A stretch of 64,000 nucleotides of DNA from an uncultured Nitrospiraceae bacterium (GTDB taxonomy: Bacteria; Nitrospirota; Thermodesulfovibrionia; Thermodesulfovibrionales; Dissulfurispiraceae), in the NCBI GenBank assembly GCA_963705105.1, contig CAVPIW010000014.1, positions 192,001 to 256,000 on the forward strand. The letters run 5' to 3'. Within the stretch, counting starts at the first letter, position 1. Each line of letters opens with the position of its first letter. Positions 50,118 through 58,841 of the stretch are shown here, one piece after another. Made by a program: the position numbers and the translations under genes. The notes under the pieces were generated by a model, which was given only the letters and a program-made list of their open reading frames with translations, was not told the origin of the DNA and did not search any database.

Positions 50118-50582
50118 ATGTCAAACCCTGTAAAAAGCCAATCACGGACAATCGGCGGCTCCCGGGGCTTCACCCTCCTGGAGATCATCGTCGTCGTCTT
50201 CATCCTCAGTCTCCTCGCGGCGATCGTCGCACCCAGAATCATCGGCAGGACCGATGACGCGCGCATCGCCGAGGCGAAGGTGCAGATGAAGAACTTCGAG
50301 ACGGCCCTCAAGCTTTTCAAGATGGACAGCGGTTTCTATCCCGACACGCAGCAGGGACTGGAAGCCCTCACGGAGAAACCGACAACGGGCCGCATTCCGC
50401 AGAGCTACCGCGAGGGAGGATACCTGGAGCAGAAAAAGATCCCTCCCGATCCCTGGAACAATCCCTATGTGTACGTCTCCCCGGGCCTGAACGGCGATTT
50501 CGACATCCTGAGCTACGGGGCCGACGGGAAGGAAGGCGGAGAGGGGATCAATGCCGACATCAAGAACTGGGAGATCCGCTGA
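50118..50582 (+). CDS. gspG: Major pseudopilin GspG
   Basis: RGFTLLEIIVV, FKMDSGFYP..QGLEAL, DPWNNPYVY, SYGADGKEGGEG..ADI. Confidence 0.96.
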   Translation: MSNPVKSQSRTIGGSRGFTLLEIIVVVFILSLLAAIVAPRIIGRTDDARIAEAKVQMKNFETALKLFKMDSGFYPDTQQGLEALTEKPTTGRIPQSYREGGYLEQKKIPPDPWNNPYVYVSPGLNGDFDILSYGADGKEGGEGINADIKNWEIR

Positions 50583-51009
50583 GGGTTTTACCCTCCTTGA
50601 GCTCATCGTCGCGGTTTCCCTCCTTTCCCTGTTTCTCGCACTTGCACTCCCCTCGCTGAGTTCCGTCGGCGAGAGGCGGCTCAACGCCGAGGCGAAAAAG
50701 GTCGCCTCCATTGTCAGGTATCTCAACGATTCCTCCCTCACGGCAAAGGAGGAACACACCCTTTCCGTGGACTTCGCGGGCAGGACGTTGGCCTACAAAG
50801 GGCCGGAAGGGGAGAAATCAGAGACCTTTGCCTATCTTGCGGGGATCGACATCCAGTCAAGGGGAATGGTCACCGATGGTCAGATCATCCTTTTCTTCAC
50901 CCCCCTCGGTTCACGTGAAGGCTTCACGGTCCTGCTCAAGGATGAGAAATCGTCCCTCTCGGTGGTATTCAATCCCCTGAGCGGACGGGTCAAGATCAAA
51001 CCCTCATGA
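50551..51009 (+). CDS. gspH: Minor pseudopilin GspH
   Basis: EGFTLLELIVAV prepilin motif; position after gspG. Confidence 0.85.
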   Translation: MPTSRTGRSAEGFTLLELIVAVSLLSLFLALALPSLSSVGERRLNAEAKKVASIVRYLNDSSLTAKEEHTLSVDFAGRTLAYKGPEGEKSETFAYLAGIDIQSRGMVTDGQIILFFTPLGSREGFTVLLKDEKSSLSVVFNPLSGRVKIKPS

Positions 51010-51056
51010 GACATCATCTGTGTTTCCGGCATAATCTGAGTGTTGCAGAGATCTTT

Positions 51057-51344
51057 GGGAAAGGCGGGGCGAAGATGCCACCAAGAACGGTCGACTGTCG
51101 GAACAAGCCTACGAACACCGGGGCGGGGAGGCTGATGTGGTGAAAAGTCTTTCCGCTAAGATACCTTGTTCGTCCCCGGACCACCCCTTGCCGTGTCTGT
51201 CGATACCCGATGCCCGTCAGGCAACAGGCGCTGAACACCTTGAGATGCCTCATCATCGCATTGGAAAGGCTTTGAACCATATCCGCCTCCCCGGCGGCAA
51301 CGTCGCAATCAACAAGGCTTTGAGGCGCTTTGCCCCGCCTTTCC
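51057..51344. repeat. Dispersed repeat, type B copy
   Basis: Matches 58137-58310 directly, and 56445-56625 and 55961-56050 in reverse; family terminal IRs present. Confidence 0.9.
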
Positions 51345-51712
51345 ACGCGCCGGATAGATCATCATCACGGCGCCGGGGCAGCGGGGGGTTCACCCTCCTG
51401 GAAGTGATGATCAGCCTCGCCATCACGGGCGGCCTGCTCGTCACCCTCATCTATACGCTCAATTATCATCTCGGCGTCGCCGAGAGACACGCCATCGTGA
51501 CGACAGCGACGAACCTCGCCAGGGAAAAACTCGTAGAGATGGAAAAGACGCCGGCAACGCAGAAAGGCGAGTTCCCCGAGCCCTACGCGTCTTTCTCCTA
51601 CGAGACCGCCGTCAAGGCTTCGTCGTTCCCGGGGATGTCGGAGATCTCCGTCACCGTGACAAGCGGCAGGGAGGAGATGACCCTGCGGGAACTCATTCGC
51701 TCGTCGCGATGA
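51140..51712 (+). CDS. gspI: Minor pseudopilin GspI with repeat-derived extended leader
   Basis: GGFTLLEVMISLAI at about 51385; the only in-frame starts upstream of it lie inside the repeat (GTG 51137/51140, ATG 51245). Confidence 0.8.
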   Translation: MKSLSAKIPCSSPDHPLPCLSIPDARQATGAEHLEMPHHRIGKALNHIRLPGGNVAINKALRRFAPPFHAPDRSSSRRRGSGGFTLLEVMISLAITGGLLVTLIYTLNYHLGVAERHAIVTTATNLAREKLVEMEKTPATQKGEFPEPYASFSYETAVKASSFPGMSEISVTVTSGREEMTLRELIRSSR

Positions 51713-52347
51713 GGAAGGAAACGGCAGTGCGAGACCGCGGGTTCACCCTCCTGGAGGTCCTTCTCTCCATCGCCCTTGTCGCCGTCGTCATCACCGTCCT
51801 GTACAGCACCTTTTTCCTCTCCCGGCGGGCTGTCGACGCCGTCGACGATTCCCTCCTAAGGCTTCAAGAGTGCCGGTCCGCCCTCGACCTGATGAGGAGG
51901 GAGATGGAATCGGCCTACCTCAGAGACGAAAAGCACACCCTCTTCAAGATCGAAGACAGGGACTTCTTCGGCAGGCAGACATCGCAGGTGACCTTCACGT
52001 CATTCACGCCGCAGGCCACGGGACTCGCAAAGATCACCTACCGGATCGACGAGGAGGAGGGGCAGTTGATGCTCACGAAGAAGATCGTCATGCCCTTTGC
52101 CCGGACCGAGGAGCCCCAGGCTGTCCCCCTGATCGAGGATGTGGAGTCCTTCACCGTAGAAGTCCGCTTCAATGACCGCTGGGTCAGGACATGGGATACG
52201 GCGGTGACAACAAAAGCTCCCGAGGAGATCAGGATATCCCTCGGCGTGCCCCTCAAACGCCGGGAGGGCCTGTCGGGTGACGCCCGTCAGGCAACGGGAT
52301 ACCGCCTGGTCGAGACGGTGCAGCCGAGACGGGGGAGGGTCCCGTGA
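51709..52347 (+). CDS. gspJ: Minor pseudopilin GspJ
   Basis: RGFTLLEVLLSI, LIEDVESF, WVRTWD..P; operon position. Confidence 0.87.
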   Translation: MRKETAVRDRGFTLLEVLLSIALVAVVITVLYSTFFLSRRAVDAVDDSLLRLQECRSALDLMRREMESAYLRDEKHTLFKIEDRDFFGRQTSQVTFTSFTPQATGLAKITYRIDEEEGQLMLTKKIVMPFARTEEPQAVPLIEDVESFTVEVRFNDRWVRTWDTAVTTKAPEEIRISLGVPLKRREGLSGDARQATGYRLVETVQPRRGRVP

Positions 52348-53219
52348 GGTCTATCGTACGCTCCGAGCAGGGCATGGCCCTCATTCTCACAATCATGATC
52401 CTTGCCGTGATCACGGCGATGGTGATCGAGTTCGCCTACGGGGTCTTCACGGCCACATCGGCTCTTTACAACTGGAGGGACGGCCAGCGGCTCTCGGCCG
52501 TTGCGCTCTCCGGGGTCCGTCTCGCGGTAAAGACGCTCAACGACATTCCCGAGAGAGAGCTCTACCGGTTTACGGGGAACCTCGAGATCCCTGTCGAAAG
52601 TGTGTTCGAGGGATTTTCGGGCACGCTCATGATGACCGTGACGGACGAGAACGGGAAGTTCAACCTCAATGCGTTGTCCCGGTCCGGCCGGGACAGGAGA
52701 CCGTACGAAGCGCTGCAGTCGCTGTTGCGGTCGATCGGTGTCGACCTCGCCGTCGCCGACAGGATCGCCGACTGGGTCGACAGCGACAGCGAACCCCGTC
52801 TCCGCGACTCCGAGGAGGGCGCGAAGAACGGGCCCCTCGACAGCCCGGACGAACTCCTGTTCATCAAAGGCATCGACCGTGAGACCTACGACCGTCTCAT
52901 GCCCCATGTAACGATTTACGGGATGGAGGGGCGGGAAGACTCGCTCAAGATCAATATCAATAGCGCTTCCATCCCTGTTATAATGTCTGTCAATACGATA
53001 GACAGGAGCGAAGCCGAGAAGGTGAGGGACCTCAGGCCCTTCAAAGATGTAAGCGCCGCCCGGGCCTCAAGCAGCGCTCTCGGGACGGACATCGCCGTTG
53101 TACCGACGAACCTGCGCATCACCGCCGTCGCCGAAGAAAACAGGATCAGGCGGATCATCGAGTGCGTCCTGAGGAGAGACGGCGCCCAGTCGACGGTCCT
53201 GTACTGGCGGGAGATGTAG
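52344..53219 (+). CDS. gspK: Minor pseudopilin GspK
   Basis: QGMALILT, DENGKFNLN, IADWVDSD, KNGPLDSPDELLFIKGI, ININSAS. Confidence 0.92.
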   Translation: MRSIVRSEQGMALILTIMILAVITAMVIEFAYGVFTATSALYNWRDGQRLSAVALSGVRLAVKTLNDIPERELYRFTGNLEIPVESVFEGFSGTLMMTVTDENGKFNLNALSRSGRDRRPYEALQSLLRSIGVDLAVADRIADWVDSDSEPRLRDSEEGAKNGPLDSPDELLFIKGIDRETYDRLMPHVTIYGMEGREDSLKININSASIPVIMSVNTIDRSEAEKVRDLRPFKDVSAARASSSALGTDIAVVPTNLRITAVAEENRIRRIIECVLRRDGAQSTVLYWREM

Positions 53220-53257
53220 GGGACTTCATGGACCTTATCGATGCATATGCCATCAGG

Positions 53258-53428
53258 GAAGGCGGGGTGTATGCGCCGAAAACCTTGATGCGGCGACACA
53301 TTAACCGTTACAGAAGACGACGTTTCAAACCAATGGTCGGCCACACAAAGAGTGGAATCCTGAAAGACGAACCTGACGAAGCGTATCATCGCCTTCAGCA
53401 AGGCTTTGAGGCGCTTCACCCCGCCTTC
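53258..53428. repeat. Dispersed repeat, type A copy (reverse orientation)
   Basis: Reverse complement aligns with 56150-56325 and 3500-3603. Confidence 0.9.
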
Positions 53429-53454
53429 ACATGCAGCTGGAAGGTTATCACACG

Positions 53455-54525
53455 GTGAAAAAATCCGTCTTCGTCGACATCCGGCAGTGGGGCGGCCCCT
53501 CTGAGTCTCTCGTGCTCTACAGCTTCTCCGGCCGGGGCCGGGCCCTTCGCCATGAGACGACAGTTCCCCTCTCCGGAGGGACGATCCCGGCGGACCTTCA
53601 AAACAGCCATTTCACGGCCGGACTTCCCCTCAGCCTCCTGAACTTCCGGGTCCTCAGCGTCCCCTTTTCGGACAGGCAGAAGCTGAGGGACATATTGCCT
53701 TTTGAGCTCGACAGCCTCCTGCTCGGCGGCAGCGACCGGATTATTTTCGACTTCAGAATCCTCAGCGAGACCCAGGGCCAGGCCGAGGTGCTCGTCACAT
53801 ACGTGGAAAGGCAACTCCTCGGGACCGTCCTGCAGAGATTAACGCAGTCCGGTATCGACCCCGCCGTCGTCACGTCCCTTGAACTCAGAAAGGTGCTCCG
53901 GGCGGACCGGGCAGGGTTGGCCGAGTCCCTCCTGAGTCCGACCTCATTGGACGAAACGGAAAGGATCGACCTGGCAGGACAGGAGCTTTCCGATCCGACT
54001 GTCAATCTCCGGACAGGCCCCTTCGACTATACGAAAGACCGGGAGAAGGTGCGAAAGAAACTCCGGGTCGCGGCGATCCTCGCCCTTGTTGCCGCCGTCC
54101 TCATCAACGGCGACCTCGTTCTCAGGACGGTGACGGCCCGGCAGGAGACGTCGGCGCTCAACAGGGAGATGCGGAGATTCTATACGGAACTATTCCCCAA
54201 GGAGAAGAAGATCACCGACGAGGTGTACCAGTTGAAATCGCACCTCAAGGAGATCGGCGAGAGGGGAGACGCCCTGGCGGGAGCCCCGGCCCTTCCCTTC
54301 CTGATGAATATCTCGAAGTACAAGTCAGAGGGCGTTTCCGTCAGCGAGATCACCTTCGACCGCGATGCCGTAACGGTCAAGGGCGAGGCGGGCTCCATGG
54401 ACAACGTGGAGACATTCAAGAAAGGCCTTTCCGAAGTGCTCCGTGACGTCTCCGCTTCAGACATCAAGAGTTCCGTCGACAAGAAGACGCTCTTCACCGT
54501 CACAGGCAAATACAGGACGCGATGA
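53455..54525 (+). CDS. gspL: Type II secretion protein L
   Basis: FRVLSVPFSDRQKLRDILPFEL, VNLRTGPF, single TM; GTG 53455 with GGAAGG. Confidence 0.85.
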   Translation: MKKSVFVDIRQWGGPSESLVLYSFSGRGRALRHETTVPLSGGTIPADLQNSHFTAGLPLSLLNFRVLSVPFSDRQKLRDILPFELDSLLLGGSDRIIFDFRILSETQGQAEVLVTYVERQLLGTVLQRLTQSGIDPAVVTSLELRKVLRADRAGLAESLLSPTSLDETERIDLAGQELSDPTVNLRTGPFDYTKDREKVRKKLRVAAILALVAAVLINGDLVLRTVTARQETSALNREMRRFYTELFPKEKKITDEVYQLKSHLKEIGERGDALAGAPALPFLMNISKYKSEGVSVSEITFDRDAVTVKGEAGSMDNVETFKKGLSEVLRDVSASDIKSSVDKKTLFTVTGKYRTR

Positions 54526-55109
54526 GCGAAGCAAAGGGACCGCACACATTGTTCCGCCTTCTTAAGTCTGCCCGCGGCGGAGTCGACCTCGCCTCTGCCG
54601 GCCCTTTGCAGGCGCTGATGAAGAACATCCGCCAGGGAGGGCTTCTCGGGGGGGCGGTGCTGCTGCTGTTCCTGCTCGTCATCCCGCTCTTTTTCCTTGC
54701 CCGGTCTTCCACGAAGGATCTCGATGCGGCGAGGTCCAGATACCGCGAGATCGTCCAGGTGGGCGGCCAGTACCTGGACCTGCGGGACCGCTTCGACGCC
54801 GTGGAGAGGAGGAAGTCGGCCAAGAAGGCGGGCAGCGTGACCGAGGCGACGGACATGGTCCTCTCCCCCCTCGGGATAAAGGGCAAGATGAAGGCCCTGA
54901 AGGTGACGGGAAAGAAGGAAATCCGTGATGGTCACGAAGAGTCCGCCGAGGTCCGCTTCGAGAAGATGACCATGAACGAAGTCGTCAATGTCCTCTATGC
55001 CATTGACCATGCCCCCGTGACGGTCTCGGTGAAGCGGGTCACCATGAAGAAATCCTTTGAGAACCCCGACCTCCTCGACGTGACGATGACGCTGTCCCTG
55101 TTCCTCTGA
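54522..55109 (+). CDS. gspM: Type II secretion protein M
   Basis: Single TM, coiled coil, EESAEVRFEKMTMNEVV..LLDVT; operon position. Confidence 0.78.
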   Translation: MSEAKGPHTLFRLLKSARGGVDLASAGPLQALMKNIRQGGLLGGAVLLLFLLVIPLFFLARSSTKDLDAARSRYREIVQVGGQYLDLRDRFDAVERRKSAKKAGSVTEATDMVLSPLGIKGKMKALKVTGKKEIRDGHEESAEVRFEKMTMNEVVNVLYAIDHAPVTVSVKRVTMKKSFENPDLLDVTMTLSLFL

Positions 55110-55123
55110 TCCGGACCGGCCCG

Positions 55124-55951
55124 ATGAAAACGCTCGGTCTCGTGCTCGCATGCCTCGTTCTTCTCGCCATCGGCATCTGGATTATCGTCATTCCGGAAAG
55201 CCTCATCGTCGATGCAATCGAAGGCGCAGTCCCCGGAGAGGCTCTTTCCGTTCGCGTCGACGGTCTCGAAAAAGGTCTCTTCTATTCGGTCAAAGCCCGG
55301 CGGGTCATCATTCATGGGGCAATGGGGACGAAGCTGCCCGGTCAAAATATGTCCCCTCCGCCGTCAGACCCTCAGCCCCTGTTGACCTTCGAAGGGGTCT
55401 CCGGGTCGCTCGATTTCCCTTCCCTTGTCACCCTGACACCCCGTATCCACATCGAGGGCTCTCTCAACGGAGGGTCCGTCAGCGGCGTCACGGCGATCAG
55501 CGAAGGCGGACGCAGCGATATCGTCTTTCGTGACGTATCCCTCCGGGGGCTCGCCGCCCTGGAACTTTTCGGCATCAAGGGAGAGGGCGTCCTTTCCGGG
55601 AATATGCGGTACGGCGCCGGCGCCGGTGAGATCCAGATCACCATCGACAAGGCGAAGCTTAAGAGCACGACGTTGGGCGGTGTCTTCATCCCCCTCGAAT
55701 TCTTCAGCAGGATGCGGGGCGCCCTGACAACACGCGGCGGGAATACGGAGGTCAAATCCTTCACGCTCGAAGGGAAGGATGTCTTTGCGAGGATCACCGG
55801 CACGGCGGAGGGAAGGGACGTGAACATGAAGATGGAGCTCATGCCCGAGCCGGCCTTCACCGCCGAACCCCTGCTGATGACCCTCCTGGCACCCTATAAG
55901 GTATCGCCGGGGTACTACGTCATTCCTGTGAAGACGAAGCTCGCATTGTAG
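55124..55951 (+). CDS. gspN: Type II secretion protein N
   Basis: N-terminal TM followed by a beta-rich AsmA-like body; last gene of the cluster. Confidence 0.75.
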   Translation: MKTLGLVLACLVLLAIGIWIIVIPESLIVDAIEGAVPGEALSVRVDGLEKGLFYSVKARRVIIHGAMGTKLPGQNMSPPPSDPQPLLTFEGVSGSLDFPSLVTLTPRIHIEGSLNGGSVSGVTAISEGGRSDIVFRDVSLRGLAALELFGIKGEGVLSGNMRYGAGAGEIQITIDKAKLKSTTLGGVFIPLEFFSRMRGALTTRGGNTEVKSFTLEGKDVFARITGTAEGRDVNMKMELMPEPAFTAEPLLMTLLAPYKVSPGYYVIPVKTKLAL

Positions 55952-55960
55952 ACCTTGCAT

Positions 55961-56710
55961 GGGAAAGGAGGGACAAAGTGCCTCGGAGCCTTGCTGATCG
56001 GGACGTTGTCGCCGGGAAGGCAGATATGGGTCAAAGCCTTTCCAATGCGATGATAAGGGCCATTTTGGCAGATGTGCCGAAAGGCGGGGCAAAGCGCCTC
56101 AAAGCCTCGCTGATAGCGAGCATGATTGTTTACCTTTCTGTTGCAGGAAAAGGCGTGGCGAAGCGCCTCAAAGCCTTGCTGAAGGCGACGATACGCCTCT
56201 TCAGGTTTGAGTTTCAGGATTCTACTCTTTGTGTGATCGACCATTGGCTTGAAAGGTTGTCTTCTGTGAGGGTTACGGTGTCGCCGCAGCAAGGTTTTCG
56301 GCGCATTCACCCAACCCCGCCTTTCTCGGGAGTGTATTGCAACGATAAGGTTTATTATTGGTTGTTAAAGATTTCATCCTTTGTATCATCAACAGTCGTG
56401 CTTACAAACTCCCCACGGACGGCAGCGGTTTCGCAGCACCGATGCTTTTCGGCGCTTTGCCCCGCCATTCGGTTGAGCGTATGATGGAATACGTTCATCT
56501 CAGAGTGTTCAGTCTCTGTTGGCTTGCGGACTTTCGGTATCCATAGATACGGTAAAATGTGGTCTGGTGATAAACAAGGTATCTTAGCGGAAAGGCTTTT
56601 CACCACATCAGCCTTCCCGTCAGGGTGTTCGCGGTCCGGGTTCCGACTGTCGACTCCAATGACTTAATGACTTAATGACTTTTACGGTGGCGCCTTCGCC
56701 CCGCCTTTCC
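55961..56710. repeat. Cluster of nested type A and type B repeat copies with (AATGACTT)3
   Basis: Multiple AAAGGCGGGGC / CCCCGCCTTT ends; segments match 51126-51344, 53258-53428 and 1257-1283. Confidence 0.88.
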
Positions 56711-56734
56711 GCACGGACGTTAGAAGGAGGTTAT

Positions 56735-57643
56735 GTGGAAGATACGTTCAGGCCGGGAACGCTCTGGCAGTCAATCGTTGTCGTGACGGAGCGGGCCCTC
56801 TCGACGGGCGCCCTCCTGTCCATTCCGACGGACTTCGATTTCATCGAAGACGGCGGCGTGCGTTTCCTCGTACGGGTGCTCTCGTCCCTGGAGAGGAAGG
56901 ACGCCGAAAGGAGAATGCAGCAGGCACAGACGGGTCCGTCGGGCAAGAAAGCGAACCCCTTCCTGCCCTATGAAAAAAATCTCTTCGTGGCCGATGTCTC
57001 CGAAACCCACGTTGCGCTGCTGAACAAGTTCAACGTTGTAGAGCACCACCTTTTGATCGTCACACGACACTTCGAGCACCAGGAGACACTCCTGACGCTG
57101 CGGGATTTCGAGGCCCTCTGGACCTGCATGGCCGAGTACCAGGCCCTCGGATTCTACAACGGCGGCGAGGCGGCAGGTGCAAGCCAGGAGCACAAGCACC
57201 TCCAGATGGTGCCGCTCCCCCTCGCTCCTGTGGGACCGGAGGTGCCGATTGACTCCCTGCTCACGGCGACAGCCTGGCGTGACGATATCGGGAGAGTCGA
57301 TGGATTCCCCTTTCTTCACGCTTTTGCACGCATCGGAAAAAGTCCGGCCACCCCTCCCGAAGACCTCGTGGCAAGGATCTTTGACCTCTATTGCCGCATG
57401 CTCGTGCGGACGGGATTGAAGGCGCCTCAGCCGGGAGTCTTGGAGCGGCAATCCGCGCCCTATTGCCTGCTCGTCACGCCTGAGTGGATGCTCCTTGTCC
57501 CTCGGTCACGGGAATTTTACGACGGCATCTCCGTCAACTCCCTCGGCTTTGCCGGCGCCCTGCTCGTCAGGAACAAAGAGCAAATGGACATGATGAGAGA
57601 GCGGGGACCGATGCATGTGTTGAAAAGCGTGGCTGTCGAATAA
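56735..57643 (+). CDS. ATP adenylyltransferase / Ap4A phosphorylase (Apa2-like HIT family)
   Basis: NPFLPYE, LLNKFNVVEHHLLIVT, FYNGGEAAGASQEHKHLQ, ISVNSLGFAGALLV. Confidence 0.9.
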   Translation: MEDTFRPGTLWQSIVVVTERALSTGALLSIPTDFDFIEDGGVRFLVRVLSSLERKDAERRMQQAQTGPSGKKANPFLPYEKNLFVADVSETHVALLNKFNVVEHHLLIVTRHFEHQETLLTLRDFEALWTCMAEYQALGFYNGGEAAGASQEHKHLQMVPLPLAPVGPEVPIDSLLTATAWRDDIGRVDGFPFLHAFARIGKSPATPPEDLVARIFDLYCRMLVRTGLKAPQPGVLERQSAPYCLLVTPEWMLLVPRSREFYDGISVNSLGFAGALLVRNKEQMDMMRERGPMHVLKSVAVE

Positions 57644-57647
57644 AGAT

Positions 57648-57946
57648 CAGTGACAGTGTGAGTGACAGGGAAAGGCGGGGCGAAGCGCCTCAAAGCCTTG
57701 CTGAAGGCGACGATTGATCACTGTAGGGTCTGCTCCCCGAGCAGACCGCGTCATTAATGTCGGGCCGTTCGGGGAACGGCCCCTACACGATTTCATCCTT
57801 TGTGTCATCGACCATTGAAGTATAGTTCGTCTTTCGTTTTGATACAGGTGTCGCCGCATCAAGGTTTTCGGCGCATAGACCCCGCCTTCTCACGGACGGA
57901 GAAAATACTAATCCTTTCACTGACACTGGCACTCACACTGACACTG
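57648..57946. repeat. Type A repeat with inverted REP doublet, flanked by inverted hexamer arrays
   Basis: CAGTGACAGTGTGAGTGAC ... CACTGACACTGGCACTCACACTGACACTG; REPs at 57722-57748 and 57761-57787. Confidence 0.88.
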
Positions 57947-58136
57947 AGGTTACGCTCCCTTGTATCCCGGGCAACCGTCGAATCCAGTGCAGCCGCCCTT
58001 CCTGAGCTTGCAGTCCCTGTTCAGGCAGGGTGTCAGCCGCCTGGCCCGTAAGCTGCCCGTCGATTTTTTCGATTTCGATTCCTTCTTCTTATTCATGAGC
58101 AGTCAAGAGTTGAAACCAGGCCACGAACGCCCAAAC

Positions 58137-58362
58137 GGGGAGGCTGATGTGGTGAAAAGCCTTTCCTCTAAGATACCTTATTCATCCCCAGACCACCCCT
58201 TGCCGTGTCTGTTGATACCGAAATCCCGCCAGGCAACAGGCGCTGAACACCTGGAGATGTCTCATCATCGCATTGGAAAGGCTTTGAACCATATCTGCCT
58301 CCCCGGAGGTGGCATAGATATGAGCAAGAAGTCGATGCGATTCCCCGTGCCTTTTCATGCGC
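58137..58362. repeat. Dispersed repeat, type B copy
   Basis: About 170 bp highly similar to 51126-51297. Confidence 0.9.
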
Positions 58363-58433
58363 TCCAAGCTTTCATTCTGTCCACCTTTGAGTTCAGCTGT
58401 GAAGATTCTATATCATACGTCTGAAGGGGCAGG

Positions 58434-58841
58434 ATGTTCAAAACCATTTTCAAAGAGTTCATCCCCATCATGATCATCAACATAATGATCATAGCGGGCA
58501 TCCTTGTTGTGAAGGGAGCACCGTCGCAGGTGCTTCCGGGTGTCGATGGCAGCGGGGGCATAGGCGCCTTTTCACCGCTACCGGAGGCCTTCTGGTTTTT
58601 CCCTGCCCTTGCCTGCGTCGTGTACATCGTTCTGACGGTCATCCAGTTTTTCCATGAGTCGCTCTTTGTACCAAAAACCGTCCTCATCGCCGTCATTGCA
58701 AACCTCCATGTGGCGATCATGCTTGTAAAGGCCGGCAGTGCGTCCTCCCATCTTGTCGCGATGCTCCCGTCGGCGGTCCTGCTTGCCGCATATGTCATAT
58801 GGCATCTTCTGCCGGTGAGACGGAAGAAGGTCTCTTCATGA
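58434..58841 (+). CDS. Hypothetical membrane protein (about 4 TM)
   Basis: Hydrophobic segments; ATGA overlap with the next gene. Confidence 0.65.
   Translation: MFKTIFKEFIPIMIINIMIIAGILVVKGAPSQVLPGVDGSGGIGAFSPLPEAFWFFPALACVVYIVLTVIQFFHESLFVPKTVLIAVIANLHVAIMLVKAGSASSHLVAMLPSAVLLAAYVIWHLLPVRRKKVSS

Noticed and set aside
52279..52297. GCCCGTCAGGCAAC (DARQATG) shared between gspJ and the type B repeat
   Set aside because: A 14-nt match is expected by chance in 64 kb of GC-rich DNA.
55915..56606. ORFs of 60-170 aa within the repeat cluster as real proteins
   Set aside because: They are translations of repeat modules that open in differing frames among copies, with no family similarity.
58535..58590. 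GSGGIGAFSP followed by a TM as a GlyGly/JDVT-CTERM-like substrate for the CPBP protease
   Set aside because: The motif is internal to a multi-TM protein, not C-terminal.
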